DNA of 16,166 nucleotides from a virus. Taxonomy: Duplodnaviria; Heunggongvirae; Uroviricota; Caudoviricetes. Location: the IMG/VR virus record IMGVR_UViG_2734482786_000005, positions 1 through 16,166 of that record. The stretch is one strand, 5' to 3'. The position numbers and the translations under genes were made by a program. The notes beneath the pieces were generated by a model, which was given only the letters and a program-made list of their open reading frames with translations, did not search any database and was not told the DNA's origin. Position 1 is the first letter of the stretch. Each line of letters begins with the position of its first letter. This document shows, one piece after another, positions 1-7,366 of the stretch.

Positions 1-1254
1 ATGCTGGAACAAATGGGCATTGCCGCGAAGCAAGCCTCGTATAAATTAGCGCAACTCTCCAGCCGCGAAAAAAATCGCGTGCTGGAAAAAATCGCCGGTG
101 AACTGGAAGCACAAAGCGAAATCATCCTCAACGCTAACGCCCAGGATGTTGCTGACGCGCGAGCCAATGGCCTTAGCGAAGCGATGCTTGACCGTCTGGC
201 ACTGACGCCCGCACGGCTGAAAGGCATTGCCGACGATGTACGTCAGGTGTGCAACCTCGCCGATCCGGTGGGGCAGGTAATCGATGGCGGCGTACTGGAC
301 AGCGGCCTGCGTCTTGAGCGTCGTCGCGTACCGCTGGGGGTTATTGGCGTGATTTATGAAGCGCGCCCGAACGTGACGGTTGATGTCGCTTCGCTGTGCC
401 TGAAAACCGGTAATGCGGTGATCCTGCGCGGTGGCAAAGAAACGTGTCGCACTAACGCTGCAACGGTGGCGGTGATTCAGGACGCCCTGAAATCCTGCGG
501 CTTACCGGCGGGTGCCGTGCAGGCGATTGATAATCCTGACCGTGCGCTGGTCAGTGAAATGCTGCGTATGGATAAATACATCGACATGCTGATCCCGCGT
601 GGTGGCGCTGGTTTGCATAAACTGTGCCGCGAACAGTCGACGATCCCGGTGATCACAGGTGGTATAGGCGTATGCCATATTTATGTTGATGAAAGTGTAG
701 AGATTGCTGAAGCATTAAAAGTGATCGTCAACGCGAAAACTCAGCGTCCGAGCACATGTAATACGGTAGAAACGTTGCTGGTGAATAAAAACATCGCCGA
801 TAGCTTCCTGCCCGCATTAAGCAAACAAATGGAGGAAAGCGGCGTGGCATTACACGCAGATGCAGCTGCGCTGGCGCAGTTGCAGACAGGCCCCGCGAAG
901 GTGGTGGCTGTTAAAGCGGAAGAGTATGACGATGAGTTTCTGTCATTAGATTTGAACGTCAAAATCGTCAGTGATCTTGACGATGCCATCGCCCATATTC
1001 GTGAACACGGCACACAACACTCCGATGCGATCCTGACCCGCGATATGCGCAACGCCCAGCGTTTTGTTAACGAAGTGGATTCGTCCGCTGTTTACGTTAA
1101 CGCCTCTACGCGTTTTACCGACGGCGGCCAGTTTGGACTGGGTGCGGAAGTGGCGGTAAGCACACAAAAACTCCACGCGCGTGGCCCAATGGGGCTGGAA
1201 GCACTGACCACTTACAAGTGGATCGGCATTGGTGATTACACCATTCGTGCGTAA
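1..1254 (+). CDS. proA: gamma-glutamyl phosphate reductase (glutamate-5-semialdehyde dehydrogenase)
   Basis: 417-aa ORF starting at ATG at position 1, stop at 1252-1254. Translation matches enterobacterial ProA as I recall it (aldehyde dehydrogenase fold). Roughly 50% G+C, typical core-genome composition. Confidence 0.93.
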   Translation: MLEQMGIAAKQASYKLAQLSSREKNRVLEKIAGELEAQSEIILNANAQDVADARANGLSEAMLDRLALTPARLKGIADDVRQVCNLADPVGQVIDGGVLDSGLRLERRRVPLGVIGVIYEARPNVTVDVASLCLKTGNAVILRGGKETCRTNAATVAVIQDALKSCGLPAGAVQAIDNPDRALVSEMLRMDKYIDMLIPRGGAGLHKLCREQSTIPVITGGIGVCHIYVDESVEIAEALKVIVNAKTQRPSTCNTVETLLVNKNIADSFLPALSKQMEESGVALHADAAALAQLQTGPAKVVAVKAEEYDDEFLSLDLNVKIVSDLDDAIAHIREHGTQHSDAILTRDMRNAQRFVNEVDSSAVYVNASTRFTDGGQFGLGAEVAVSTQKLHARGPMGLEALTTYKWIGIGDYTIRA

Positions 1255-1368
1255 ATAAAACCGGGTGATGCAAAAGTAGCCATTTGATTCACAAGGCCAT
1301 TGACGCATCGCCCGGTTAGTTTTAACCTTGTCCACCGTGATTCACGTTCGTGAACATGTCCTTTCAGG

Positions 1369-1444
1369 GCCGATATAGCTCAGTTGGTAGAGCAGCGCAT
1401 TCGTAATGCGAAGGTCGTAGGTTCGACTCCTATTATCGGCACCA
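1369..1444 (+). tRNA. thrW: tRNA-Thr, anticodon CGT (thrW-type)
   Basis: 76-nt sequence GCCGATATAGCTCAGTTGGTAGAGCAGCGCATTCGTAATGCG...GGTTCGACTCCTATTATCGGCACCA with the usual D-loop and T-loop motifs (GGTTCGA), a CGT anticodon in the loop, and a 3' CCA. Lies directly downstream of proA, as at the enterobacterial thrW locus. Confidence 0.93.
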
Positions 1445-1446
1445 TT
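1428..1446 (+). repeat. attL core (3' end of tRNA-Thr)
   Basis: TCCTATTATCGGCACCATT at the tRNA 3' end is repeated as TCCTATTATC-GCACCATT at 15615-15632. Confidence 0.75.
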
Positions 1447-1461
1447 CTAACGTTTCCCCAA

Positions 1462-1546
1462 GTCTACTAAAGTTCACTGAAACCCCTTATACTCTGCGCT
1501 TTACAGCCCCTTTTAGTATTTCTACGTCTACTAAAGTTCCCTGAAA
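1462..1546 (+). repeat. Two 21-bp direct repeats between tRNA and int (putative arm-type recombinase or accessory-factor sites)
   Basis: GTCTACTAAAGTTCACTGAAA at 1462-1482 and GTCTACTAAAGTTCCCTGAAA at 1526-1546, one mismatch, 64 bp apart. Confidence 0.5.
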
Positions 1547-1557
1547 TCTACGGTCGT

Positions 1558-1609
1558 TTGGGGGTACTTATGGGGGTATTTGTTGTTCGGTCTATAGGAG
1601 GTACCCCCA
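1558..1609. promoter_or_regulatory. TGGGGGTA-type motif cluster upstream of int (putative integrase arm sites or int promoter control)
   Basis: TGGGGGTAC at 1559-1567, TGGGGGTAT at 1571-1579, and inverted GTACCCCCA at 1601-1609. The same tandem pair, TGGGGGTACTTTTGGGGGTAT, recurs at 15532-15555 near attR. Confidence 0.45.
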
Positions 1610-1610
1610 A

Positions 1611-2825
1611 GTGAAACTAAACGCCCGCCAGGTGGACACCGTCAAACCTAAAGATAAGCCTTACAAGCTGGCTGATGGTGGTGGTTTGTATCTCTTGATT
1701 AAACCTAATGGCGGCAAATACTGGCGGCTCAAGTATCGTGTAGCAGGCAAAGAGAAGCTGTTAGCGCTTGGCGTGTATCCTGAAGTCACATTGGCCGATG
1801 CTCGGGCAAAACGTGAAGAAGCCAAAAGGGGGATCGCTGGGGGTATCGATCCTATGGAAGCGAAACGGGAAGAAAAGATTGCCCGTGAAACTCAGTTAAA
1901 CAATACATTCAAAGATATTGCCCTTGAGTGGCACAGCAGCAAACTAAAAAAATGGTCTGCTGGGTATGCTTCAGACATCCTGGAGGCTTTCAACAAAGAT
2001 GTGTTCCCTTACATTGGCAAAAAACCAATAGCTGATATCAAACCGCTTGAACTGTTGAATGTGCTACGGCGCATTGAGGGGCGCGGCGCTACAGAAAAGG
2101 CCAAAAAGGTTAGGCAGCGCTGCGGGGAAGTTTTCCGTTACGCAATAGTCACCGGCCGTGCTGAGTATAACCCTGCTCCGGATCTCACCAGTGCGATGCA
2201 AGGGCATGACTCCAATCATTATCCTTTCCTCACACCAAAGGAATTGCCTGATTTCTTCAAGGCTTTGTCAGGATATACAGGAAGCGCGTTAGTAGTTTTA
2301 GCCGCTCGTCTGCTGATTATAACCGGCTTGCGTACCGGCGAACTCCGCGGGGCATTTTGGGATGAAATCAATATCAATAAGGCGGTCTGGGAAATACCAG
2401 CCTCACGCATGAAAATGCGTCGCCCTCATATAGTGCCATTGTCTGAGCAGGCTCTTTCGCTTATTGGGCAGATTAAAGAACTAACTGGCAATTATCCGCT
2501 TATGTTTCCTGGTCGTAATGATCCAAGAAAAACAATGAGTGAGGCCAGCATAAACCAAGTATTTAAGCGCATTGGTTATAACGGAAAGGTTACTGGCCAC
2601 GGTTTCCGACACACTATGAGCACCATTTTGCATGAGCAGGGCTATAACACTGCGTGGATAGAAACGCAGCTCGCGCACGTCGATAAAAACTCAATTCGTG
2701 GCACATACAACCATGCGCAATATCTGGATGGGCGGCGGGAAATGCTTCAGTGGTACGCTGATTATATGGATTCGCTCGAGCATGGCGGAAATGTGGTGCA
2801 TTGTGAGTTCGGAAAATGCGGGTGA
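1611..2825 (+). CDS. int: tyrosine site-specific integrase (P4-like, tRNA-targeting)
   Basis: 404-aa ORF with GTG start and AGGAGG 9 nt upstream. N-terminal arm-binding type region (KLADGGGLYLLIKPNGGKYWRLKYR) and C-terminal catalytic motifs (LRTGELRG, HGFRHT, a Tyr near the C-terminus). Sits immediately 3' of the tRNA. Confidence 0.9.
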   Translation: MKLNARQVDTVKPKDKPYKLADGGGLYLLIKPNGGKYWRLKYRVAGKEKLLALGVYPEVTLADARAKREEAKRGIAGGIDPMEAKREEKIARETQLNNTFKDIALEWHSSKLKKWSAGYASDILEAFNKDVFPYIGKKPIADIKPLELLNVLRRIEGRGATEKAKKVRQRCGEVFRYAIVTGRAEYNPAPDLTSAMQGHDSNHYPFLTPKELPDFFKALSGYTGSALVVLAARLLIITGLRTGELRGAFWDEININKAVWEIPASRMKMRRPHIVPLSEQALSLIGQIKELTGNYPLMFPGRNDPRKTMSEASINQVFKRIGYNGKVTGHGFRHTMSTILHEQGYNTAWIETQLAHVDKNSIRGTYNHAQYLDGRREMLQWYADYMDSLEHGGNVVHCEFGKCG

Positions 2826-2952
2826 CTGGTTGAGTATACAGTAGTAGACTTTGAGCGATTAAGAAAAGGCTGTGTCTAGGGTCGCTCCCGAAAATCCGTA
2901 CACCTCGGCGGACTGGCACAGCCACTACGGTAGAGGGCGCAGAGGTGTGCGT

Positions 2953-3723
2953 ATGGTTGATATTCATGCCGAATTAAATGAATACAAAAAAGAGTTTATT
3001 TATTTACGTGATTTTCTTGATGATGTATTTAAAGTTGTTGATGCTAATATTTCAGAAGTCATTACCTGGATACTCAAGAGAATAAATACAGTAAATCCAG
3101 GCATTACCCTGTACACAGTAAATTCATTAAATGAGGTGGAGCTTTATTCTTCGGATCCGTTTGAGTGGAGATCTGATTTTAACTTTCTTTATGCAAAACT
3201 GGATACGGTTAGGGAGCGTGGTTGTTTACCTTGTGAGAGGGATGAGAGTGGTTTTCTGGTATCTGGTTATTGGGAAGATGCCGAATTTGAGGCAATGGGA
3301 TTCAGAAGAAATGAAATTTTCGAAATTTTCCCAGAAATCCTTGACGGGTTAATGAATCTGGAATGTGCTGACTCTTCTGAAAATAACGAGGCGCAAGGAA
3401 GCAATATTGAACATAAAGAGTTGCGTACAGATGATGATTTTTTATCCCGAATTGCAATGCTGGAAAAAGAAAATGAATCGTTAAGGGCGCGGGTAAATCA
3501 GTTAGAAAAGGAGCGCCCGATTTTGCTAAAGGCGTATCGTGATGATGACCCATTGTATCTGGCTATCGATATTAGAAACAGAGAGTGGGCCAATTACGAC
3601 CCAGAGAATGATCGCGCAACTAGGGGAAACCAGGGCGCGATTACTACTGAGCTTGAAAAACGAGGTTTTACCTCCCGACAGGCCGCATCTATTGAGCTTG
3701 TCGCCTGTCCTATCAAACGATGA
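2953..3723 (+). CDS. hypothetical protein (AT-rich accessory gene between int and alpA; predicted coiled-coil segment)
   Basis: ORF track gives 2872-3723. I prefer ATG at 2953 (MVDIHAELNEY...) because GAGGTG lies about 7 nt upstream. Sampled lines are clearly AT-rich. Contains an LEKENESLRARVNQLEKE heptad-like stretch. No family recognised. Confidence 0.55.
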   Translation: MVDIHAELNEYKKEFIYLRDFLDDVFKVVDANISEVITWILKRINTVNPGITLYTVNSLNEVELYSSDPFEWRSDFNFLYAKLDTVRERGCLPCERDESGFLVSGYWEDAEFEAMGFRRNEIFEIFPEILDGLMNLECADSSENNEAQGSNIEHKELRTDDDFLSRIAMLEKENESLRARVNQLEKERPILLKAYRDDDPLYLAIDIRNREWANYDPENDRATRGNQGAITTELEKRGFTSRQAASIELVACPIKR

Positions 3724-3763
3724 AGCCTTACCCTAGTGGTATCTCATGTTTTGTTCGCGTCTC

Positions 3764-3840
3764 ACCCTAAGGGTAATCAGACCTCACCCTTAGGGTATTT
3801 TTGTATGCTTTCCCATCAATTTTACTATTACCCTTAGGGT
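3764..3840. promoter_or_regulatory. Three copies of palindromic ACCCTWAGGGT upstream of alpA (putative operator array)
   Basis: ACCCTAAGGGT at 3764-3774, ACCCTTAGGGT at 3786-3796 and 3830-3840, centre-to-centre spacing 22 and 44 bp. A degenerate half-site (TACCCTAGTGGTA) lies at 3729-3741. Confidence 0.5.
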
Positions 3841-3943
3841 AAAAATATTCCCGATTACCATTAGACCTGAGAGCATTAAAATATTCGTTATTTCTGTGCC
3901 ATGATTACCTCGTCAAATTGAGTAGACGTTATGAGGTAAATAT

Positions 3944-4141
3944 ATGTCAAATACGCTTATTCGTTTAACGGAAGTTCAGCGTAGAACTGGATATAGCAAG
4001 GCATGGATTTATCGCCTTATGGGGCAAGGTAAATTTCCTGCATCAGTTAAAATTGGCTCGCGAGCGATTGCTTTCGTTGAGAGTGAAATTGACGAGTGGA
4101 TTAATCAGCGTATTGCGGAATCACGCGGAACAGCTACCTGA
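3944..4141 (+). CDS. alpA: AlpA-family phage/island transcriptional regulator (excision activator type)
   Basis: 65-aa ORF with GAGGTAAAT RBS. The sequence ...RLTEVQRRTGYSKAWIYRLMGQGKFP...VESEIDEWINQR matches the AlpA-family HTH pattern as I recall it (CP4-57 AlpA-like). Confidence 0.85.
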   Translation: MSNTLIRLTEVQRRTGYSKAWIYRLMGQGKFPASVKIGSRAIAFVESEIDEWINQRIAESRGTAT

Positions 4142-4219
4142 TTAAATGGCTACGGGGCCAGAAGTCCCAGCTATCCACCAGCAAATAAAAAGTAACTTAA
4201 TTCGATAGCAGGAGTTTTT

Positions 4220-5020
4220 ATGAAACTGCGAAAAACGCCCGTACAGGGGCAGGGCTTCGTTCGGCCTGAAAACCAGAGCCAACAAAATTTCTGCGAAATT
4301 ATCCCAGTTAGTTCCGGCGTTATTGGCGGGCGTGAAACCAATATTGTTAGCGCCAGAGCGTTGCATAAGGTGCTGGGTGTGAAGCGTGATTTCACAACTT
4401 GGATTAAAGGACGCATTGATGAGTACGGATTTAAAAAGGGCGTGGATTTTGAATTCGTAGAAAATTTGACCTCCCCCAATCCGGTGAGCGCAAAATCTCG
4501 CCAACGTGTAGAGCACGACTACCTGAGCACTATCAACATGGCGAAAGAACTGGCGATGGTCGAGCGCACCGAACAGGGGCGCGCCGTTCGTCAGTACTTT
4601 ATCAAATGCGAGGAGGAGCTACACAAGGTAGCGCCAGTGCGGTCCGCAGTGTTACGCCGGGAACTGAAAGCCCGTATCACAGTTGCCAGCTACTTTAAGC
4701 CAATGTGTGCCGCGCTGGAGGCGTACCGGGCTGAGCTGGGTAAAAACACTCTACAGCACCACTACACCACGGAAGCCAATATGCTGGCGCGTATCGTGCT
4801 GGGTGGCATGACTGCAAAACAGTGGGCGCAGGCGAACGGCATCACAGGCGAACCACGCGACCACATGAGCACGTTGCAGCTTGAGCATCTTTCTTACCTT
4901 GAGCAGAGCAATATCACGCTGATTGAGTTAGGCCAGGACTACCACCAGCGGAAAGCTGAATTAATTCGTCTTTCGCAGCGTTGGTTAGCCCGTCGCATGG
5001 AGGAAAACAGCCATGTGTAA
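4220..5020 (+). CDS. phage-associated protein, tentatively AntA/AntB-type (antirepressor-like) N-terminal domain
   Basis: 266-aa ORF with AGGAG 6-7 nt upstream of the ATG. The stretch SARALHKVLGVKRDFTTWIKGRIDEYGFKKGVDFEF resembles the AntA-type signature as I remember it. The assignment is tentative. Confidence 0.5.
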   Translation: MKLRKTPVQGQGFVRPENQSQQNFCEIIPVSSGVIGGRETNIVSARALHKVLGVKRDFTTWIKGRIDEYGFKKGVDFEFVENLTSPNPVSAKSRQRVEHDYLSTINMAKELAMVERTEQGRAVRQYFIKCEEELHKVAPVRSAVLRRELKARITVASYFKPMCAALEAYRAELGKNTLQHHYTTEANMLARIVLGGMTAKQWAQANGITGEPRDHMSTLQLEHLSYLEQSNITLIELGQDYHQRKAELIRLSQRWLARRMEENSHV

Positions 5021-5479
5021 CGCTCTGACCGTTACAAAAAGAAAAAGCGCCCCGTTGCCGGAGCGCCTTTGTGAACAAGTCGCTTACTGCGCCATATTGC
5101 TTACTGTCTACGAGGCAGATTATAGCGTTGTGGTCGTACAGAGTGAAGGCGCTGATCACTGTTATCACAGTAAGCCAGAAATGCAGAATATTTCGCTGCA
5201 AAATGCCGTTGGCCAAGCTGTCTGGAAAGCAAAAAATACTGCTGGTGGCGCGACTGATGCAATTTTTTCTGGTTGCCAGGTGCTGATCAATCTGATGTCT
5301 GATTTCGTTCTGGATAAAACAAAGGCGACCGCAGAGGGCCGCCAGTGGGAAAGCTACATACTTGAACGCACCACCAACAATGCCACATTTGCGGCTGGTG
5401 GGCAATGTGTCAGCTTTGCACCAATGACTCTAGATTTAACTGAGGGGCATTATGGTGAATATGCTGGCTTGCTGGTGGG

Positions 5480-5680
5480 CTATTCCTGCTCTTTAACATC
5501 GCCATGCCGCGATGTTTTCCAGGTATGTGGCCCTAATTTTGTGCGCCTGTACTCTTTCAGGAACGTCTCAAGGACAAACGCACACGGCGCGAATCTGTCT
5601 GATTCATGCTCGCGCGTCATATTTTTGCGACGTCTCTTCCGGGTTGGTGATGGTATTTTTGTTAACTTTTTATTGTTCAT
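5480..5680 (-). CDS. small basic hypothetical protein (66 aa)
   Basis: Minus-strand ORF. I prefer the internal ATG at 5678-5680 (MNNKKLTKIPSPTRKRRRKN...) because GGAGG lies 7 nt upstream. Lys/Arg-rich N-terminus. Lies downstream of, and co-oriented with, the RHH gene. Confidence 0.35.
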   Translation of the reverse strand: MNNKKLTKIPSPTRKRRRKNMTREHESDRFAPCAFVLETFLKEYRRTKLGPHTWKTSRHGDVKEQE

Positions 5681-5737
5681 AATGGCCTCCTGCATAGCAA
5701 TGCGCCGTAGTTCCTCACACCACGGCACTGATAGTTT

Positions 5738-5917
5738 TTATCCTTTAGATTCTATGCCGCGTTGCTGTAATTCTTTGCGGATTATTCGCTTTATCCAGGC
5801 TGCAAGAGAATCATCGCCGTCCTGTTGTTGTGCTTTTTCCATCTTTTCCCGTAAGTCAGGATCTAAACGGAACTGGAACGGAGGATTACCACGCCTTTCG
5901 CTTTTGTGTGCTGACAC
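5738..5917 (-). CDS. putative ribbon-helix-helix (Arc/MetJ-like) DNA-binding protein, 59 aa
   Basis: Not in the ORF track (under 60 aa, GTG start). My manual reverse-complement translation is VSAHKSERRGNPPFQFRLDPDLREKMEKAQQQDGDDSLAAWIKRIIRKELQQRGIESKG. GAGGTG lies 8 nt upstream of the GTG. The beta-strand then two helices pattern is typical of RHH repressors. It is divergent from the replication operon. Confidence 0.5.
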   Translation of the reverse strand: MSAHKSERRGNPPFQFRLDPDLREKMEKAQQQDGDDSLAAWIKRIIRKELQQRGIESKG

Positions 5918-5944
5918 GTCAATTACACCTCATGTAATGTATTT

Positions 5945-5960
5945 ATGTGTAATTACACAT
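5945..5960. promoter_or_regulatory. Perfect 16-bp palindrome ATGTGTAATTACACAT in the divergent intergenic region (putative operator)
   Basis: Self-complementary 16-mer flanked by further TGTAAT/ATTACA half-sites (5921-5970). Lies between the minus-strand RHH gene and the plus-strand operon starting at 6056. Confidence 0.55.
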
Positions 5961-6055
5961 TACACACAATCAGAGCAAAAAGTAAAGCCCTGCAAGTGTC
6001 GGTACCACTGGCAGGGCCTCTAACCACCAACGATAGCAATATTATCGAGGTAGCT

Positions 6056-6592
6056 ATGAGAAATTATACCCCACACCCGCAAGGGCGGGACTCGCACAAC
6101 CTGAATAAACCCGATGTAAAAAACCTGTTGCTCGCCACTGCCAGCCAGGGCTATGATTTATACGCACCAGCAAAATCTGGTGCCGGGATTGGCGTCCTGG
6201 TATTTAACGAAGCGCACAACACGCGCCCTGCGTGTTTTTTTGTGCCGGATAGTCACACCTTATCAATGGTGGGCTGTATGGGGGCGGAGCAATCCGCGCC
6301 GGGTTCTTCGTTAACCGGTTACGCCAACCCCGTACAGTCCACCGCCAGCGAAATTGGCGTTTCCTGCGGTGGGTTTATTAACCCTAACGAAGAGGCTGCC
6401 AATATGGCTACAGTCCCTACCCTTGTACATTCTCACACTGTCTTTATCTGGCGCTTTATCATCTTTGGCGCGTCAGAATCCCAAATCATCCACGTCACCG
6501 CCTGGACGGAACGCGAAGCGCGTAACCATTGCCCGTCCTGTTGTGTCGCTGTATTCGCCGCCCGTATTCGTCAGGAGGTGCGCCATGATTAA
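6056..6592 (+). CDS. hypothetical protein (first gene of replication-module operon)
   Basis: ORF track gives 5945-6592. I prefer ATG at 6056 (MRNYTPHPQG...) because GAGGT lies about 5 nt upstream and the longer version would overlap the operator region. No family recognised. Confidence 0.5.
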   Translation: MRNYTPHPQGRDSHNLNKPDVKNLLLATASQGYDLYAPAKSGAGIGVLVFNEAHNTRPACFFVPDSHTLSMVGCMGAEQSAPGSSLTGYANPVQSTASEIGVSCGGFINPNEEAANMATVPTLVHSHTVFIWRFIIFGASESQIIHVTAWTEREARNHCPSCCVAVFAARIRQEVRHD

Positions 6593-6878
6593 TCTGTCAA
6601 TCTCTGACCTTAACCGCATTCAGTATGACGAGAAATTTACCGGGAGCGTAAAAGCATTGAGGAAGCAGGCTGGATGTGCACGACTTATTAAGCCGTTAAG
6701 GTGTCATCATGATGATGATCCGCACTTTACCGGACGTATGGTGAATCACTACAAAAAAGGCGTTGAGGTATCCTCTGAACAGCTACGAGCTGGTTGCTGT
6801 TTCGGCACACCACCGGAATTTAGCGAACTGCTGACCCGTTGCGATTACCGGATCATTCAGGGGGAAAGTCATGGGTAA
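6585..6878 (+). CDS. hypothetical protein (97 aa)
   Basis: Internal ATG of track ORF 6354-6878, with AGGAGG 6 nt upstream. The start overlaps the stop of the preceding gene, suggesting translational coupling. MINLSISDLNRIQYDEK... Confidence 0.5.
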   Translation: MINLSISDLNRIQYDEKFTGSVKALRKQAGCARLIKPLRCHHDDDPHFTGRMVNHYKKGVEVSSEQLRAGCCFGTPPEFSELLTRCDYRIIQGESHG

Positions 6879-7071
6879 TCAGCCAGCAACAATGACAATT
6901 ACCCTGAATGTGCCAGATGATTTCACCGGGCGCGTACTGGTTTACCTGGATAAAGGGAAAGTGAAATCACAATGCCGACTGCGAAATAATGAAATAGTAA
7001 GTACGGTAGAAGGCTTTTCTGAACTCTGTATTCGTGCAGGAATAAAACCGGAACTGCTGACAGGAAAATAA
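6871..7071 (+). CDS. hypothetical small protein (66 aa)
   Basis: ORF with a GGGGGAAAG purine-rich RBS. Overlaps the previous stop by 8 nt. Sits in the operon with the primase-like gene. Confidence 0.45.
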   Translation: MGNQPATMTITLNVPDDFTGRVLVYLDKGKVKSQCRLRNNEIVSTVEGFSELCIRAGIKPELLTGK

Positions 7072-7075
7072 AACC

Positions 7076-7366
7076 ATGAAAAAGAAAAATTCTGGCTTTA
7101 CTGCCAGCGGCCTCTCTCGGTCTGCAATTCGCTCTGGCGATATTTACCGCGACACCAGACGTGGGGGACGAGTGGTTATTCGTCACGTTACGCCAGGAAA
7201 TATCACCTACCGCCGTGAGGCTTACGAATATGACTGCGTAATGCCGCGCCGTCAGTTTGAGCGTGATTTTATTCTGGTGGAAAACAAAGAACAGGCAGTA
7301 GCGAGACGTGCAGCCTCGAGTATTAAAAAAATCCGGGCAATGTTGGTAGCTGGGGGTAAGAAGTGA
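7076..7366 (+). CDS. hypothetical protein (96 aa)
   Basis: ORF immediately upstream of the replication protein, with its stop overlapping that gene's GTG start. Basic protein. No family recognised. Confidence 0.5.
   Translation: MKKKNSGFTASGLSRSAIRSGDIYRDTRRGGRVVIRHVTPGNITYRREAYEYDCVMPRRQFERDFILVENKEQAVARRAASSIKKIRAMLVAGGKK

Noticed and set aside
741-1335. Minus-strand ORFs 741-1052 and 946-1335
   Set aside because: They are antisense within proA, which is confidently coding. Typical shadow ORFs.
2219-2967. Minus-strand ORFs 2219-2410, 2481-2678 and 2614-2967
   Set aside because: They are antisense to the integrase gene. No RBS and implausible composition.
3131-3736. ORFs 3131-3352 (+), 3302-3553 (-) and 3539-3736 (+)
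   Set aside because: They are alternative-frame or antisense overlaps of the 2953-3723 gene.
4142-4516. Minus-strand ORFs 4142-4516 and 4171-4479
   Set aside because: They overlap the well-supported plus-strand gene starting at 4220 and have Cys/Phe-rich, low-plausibility translations.
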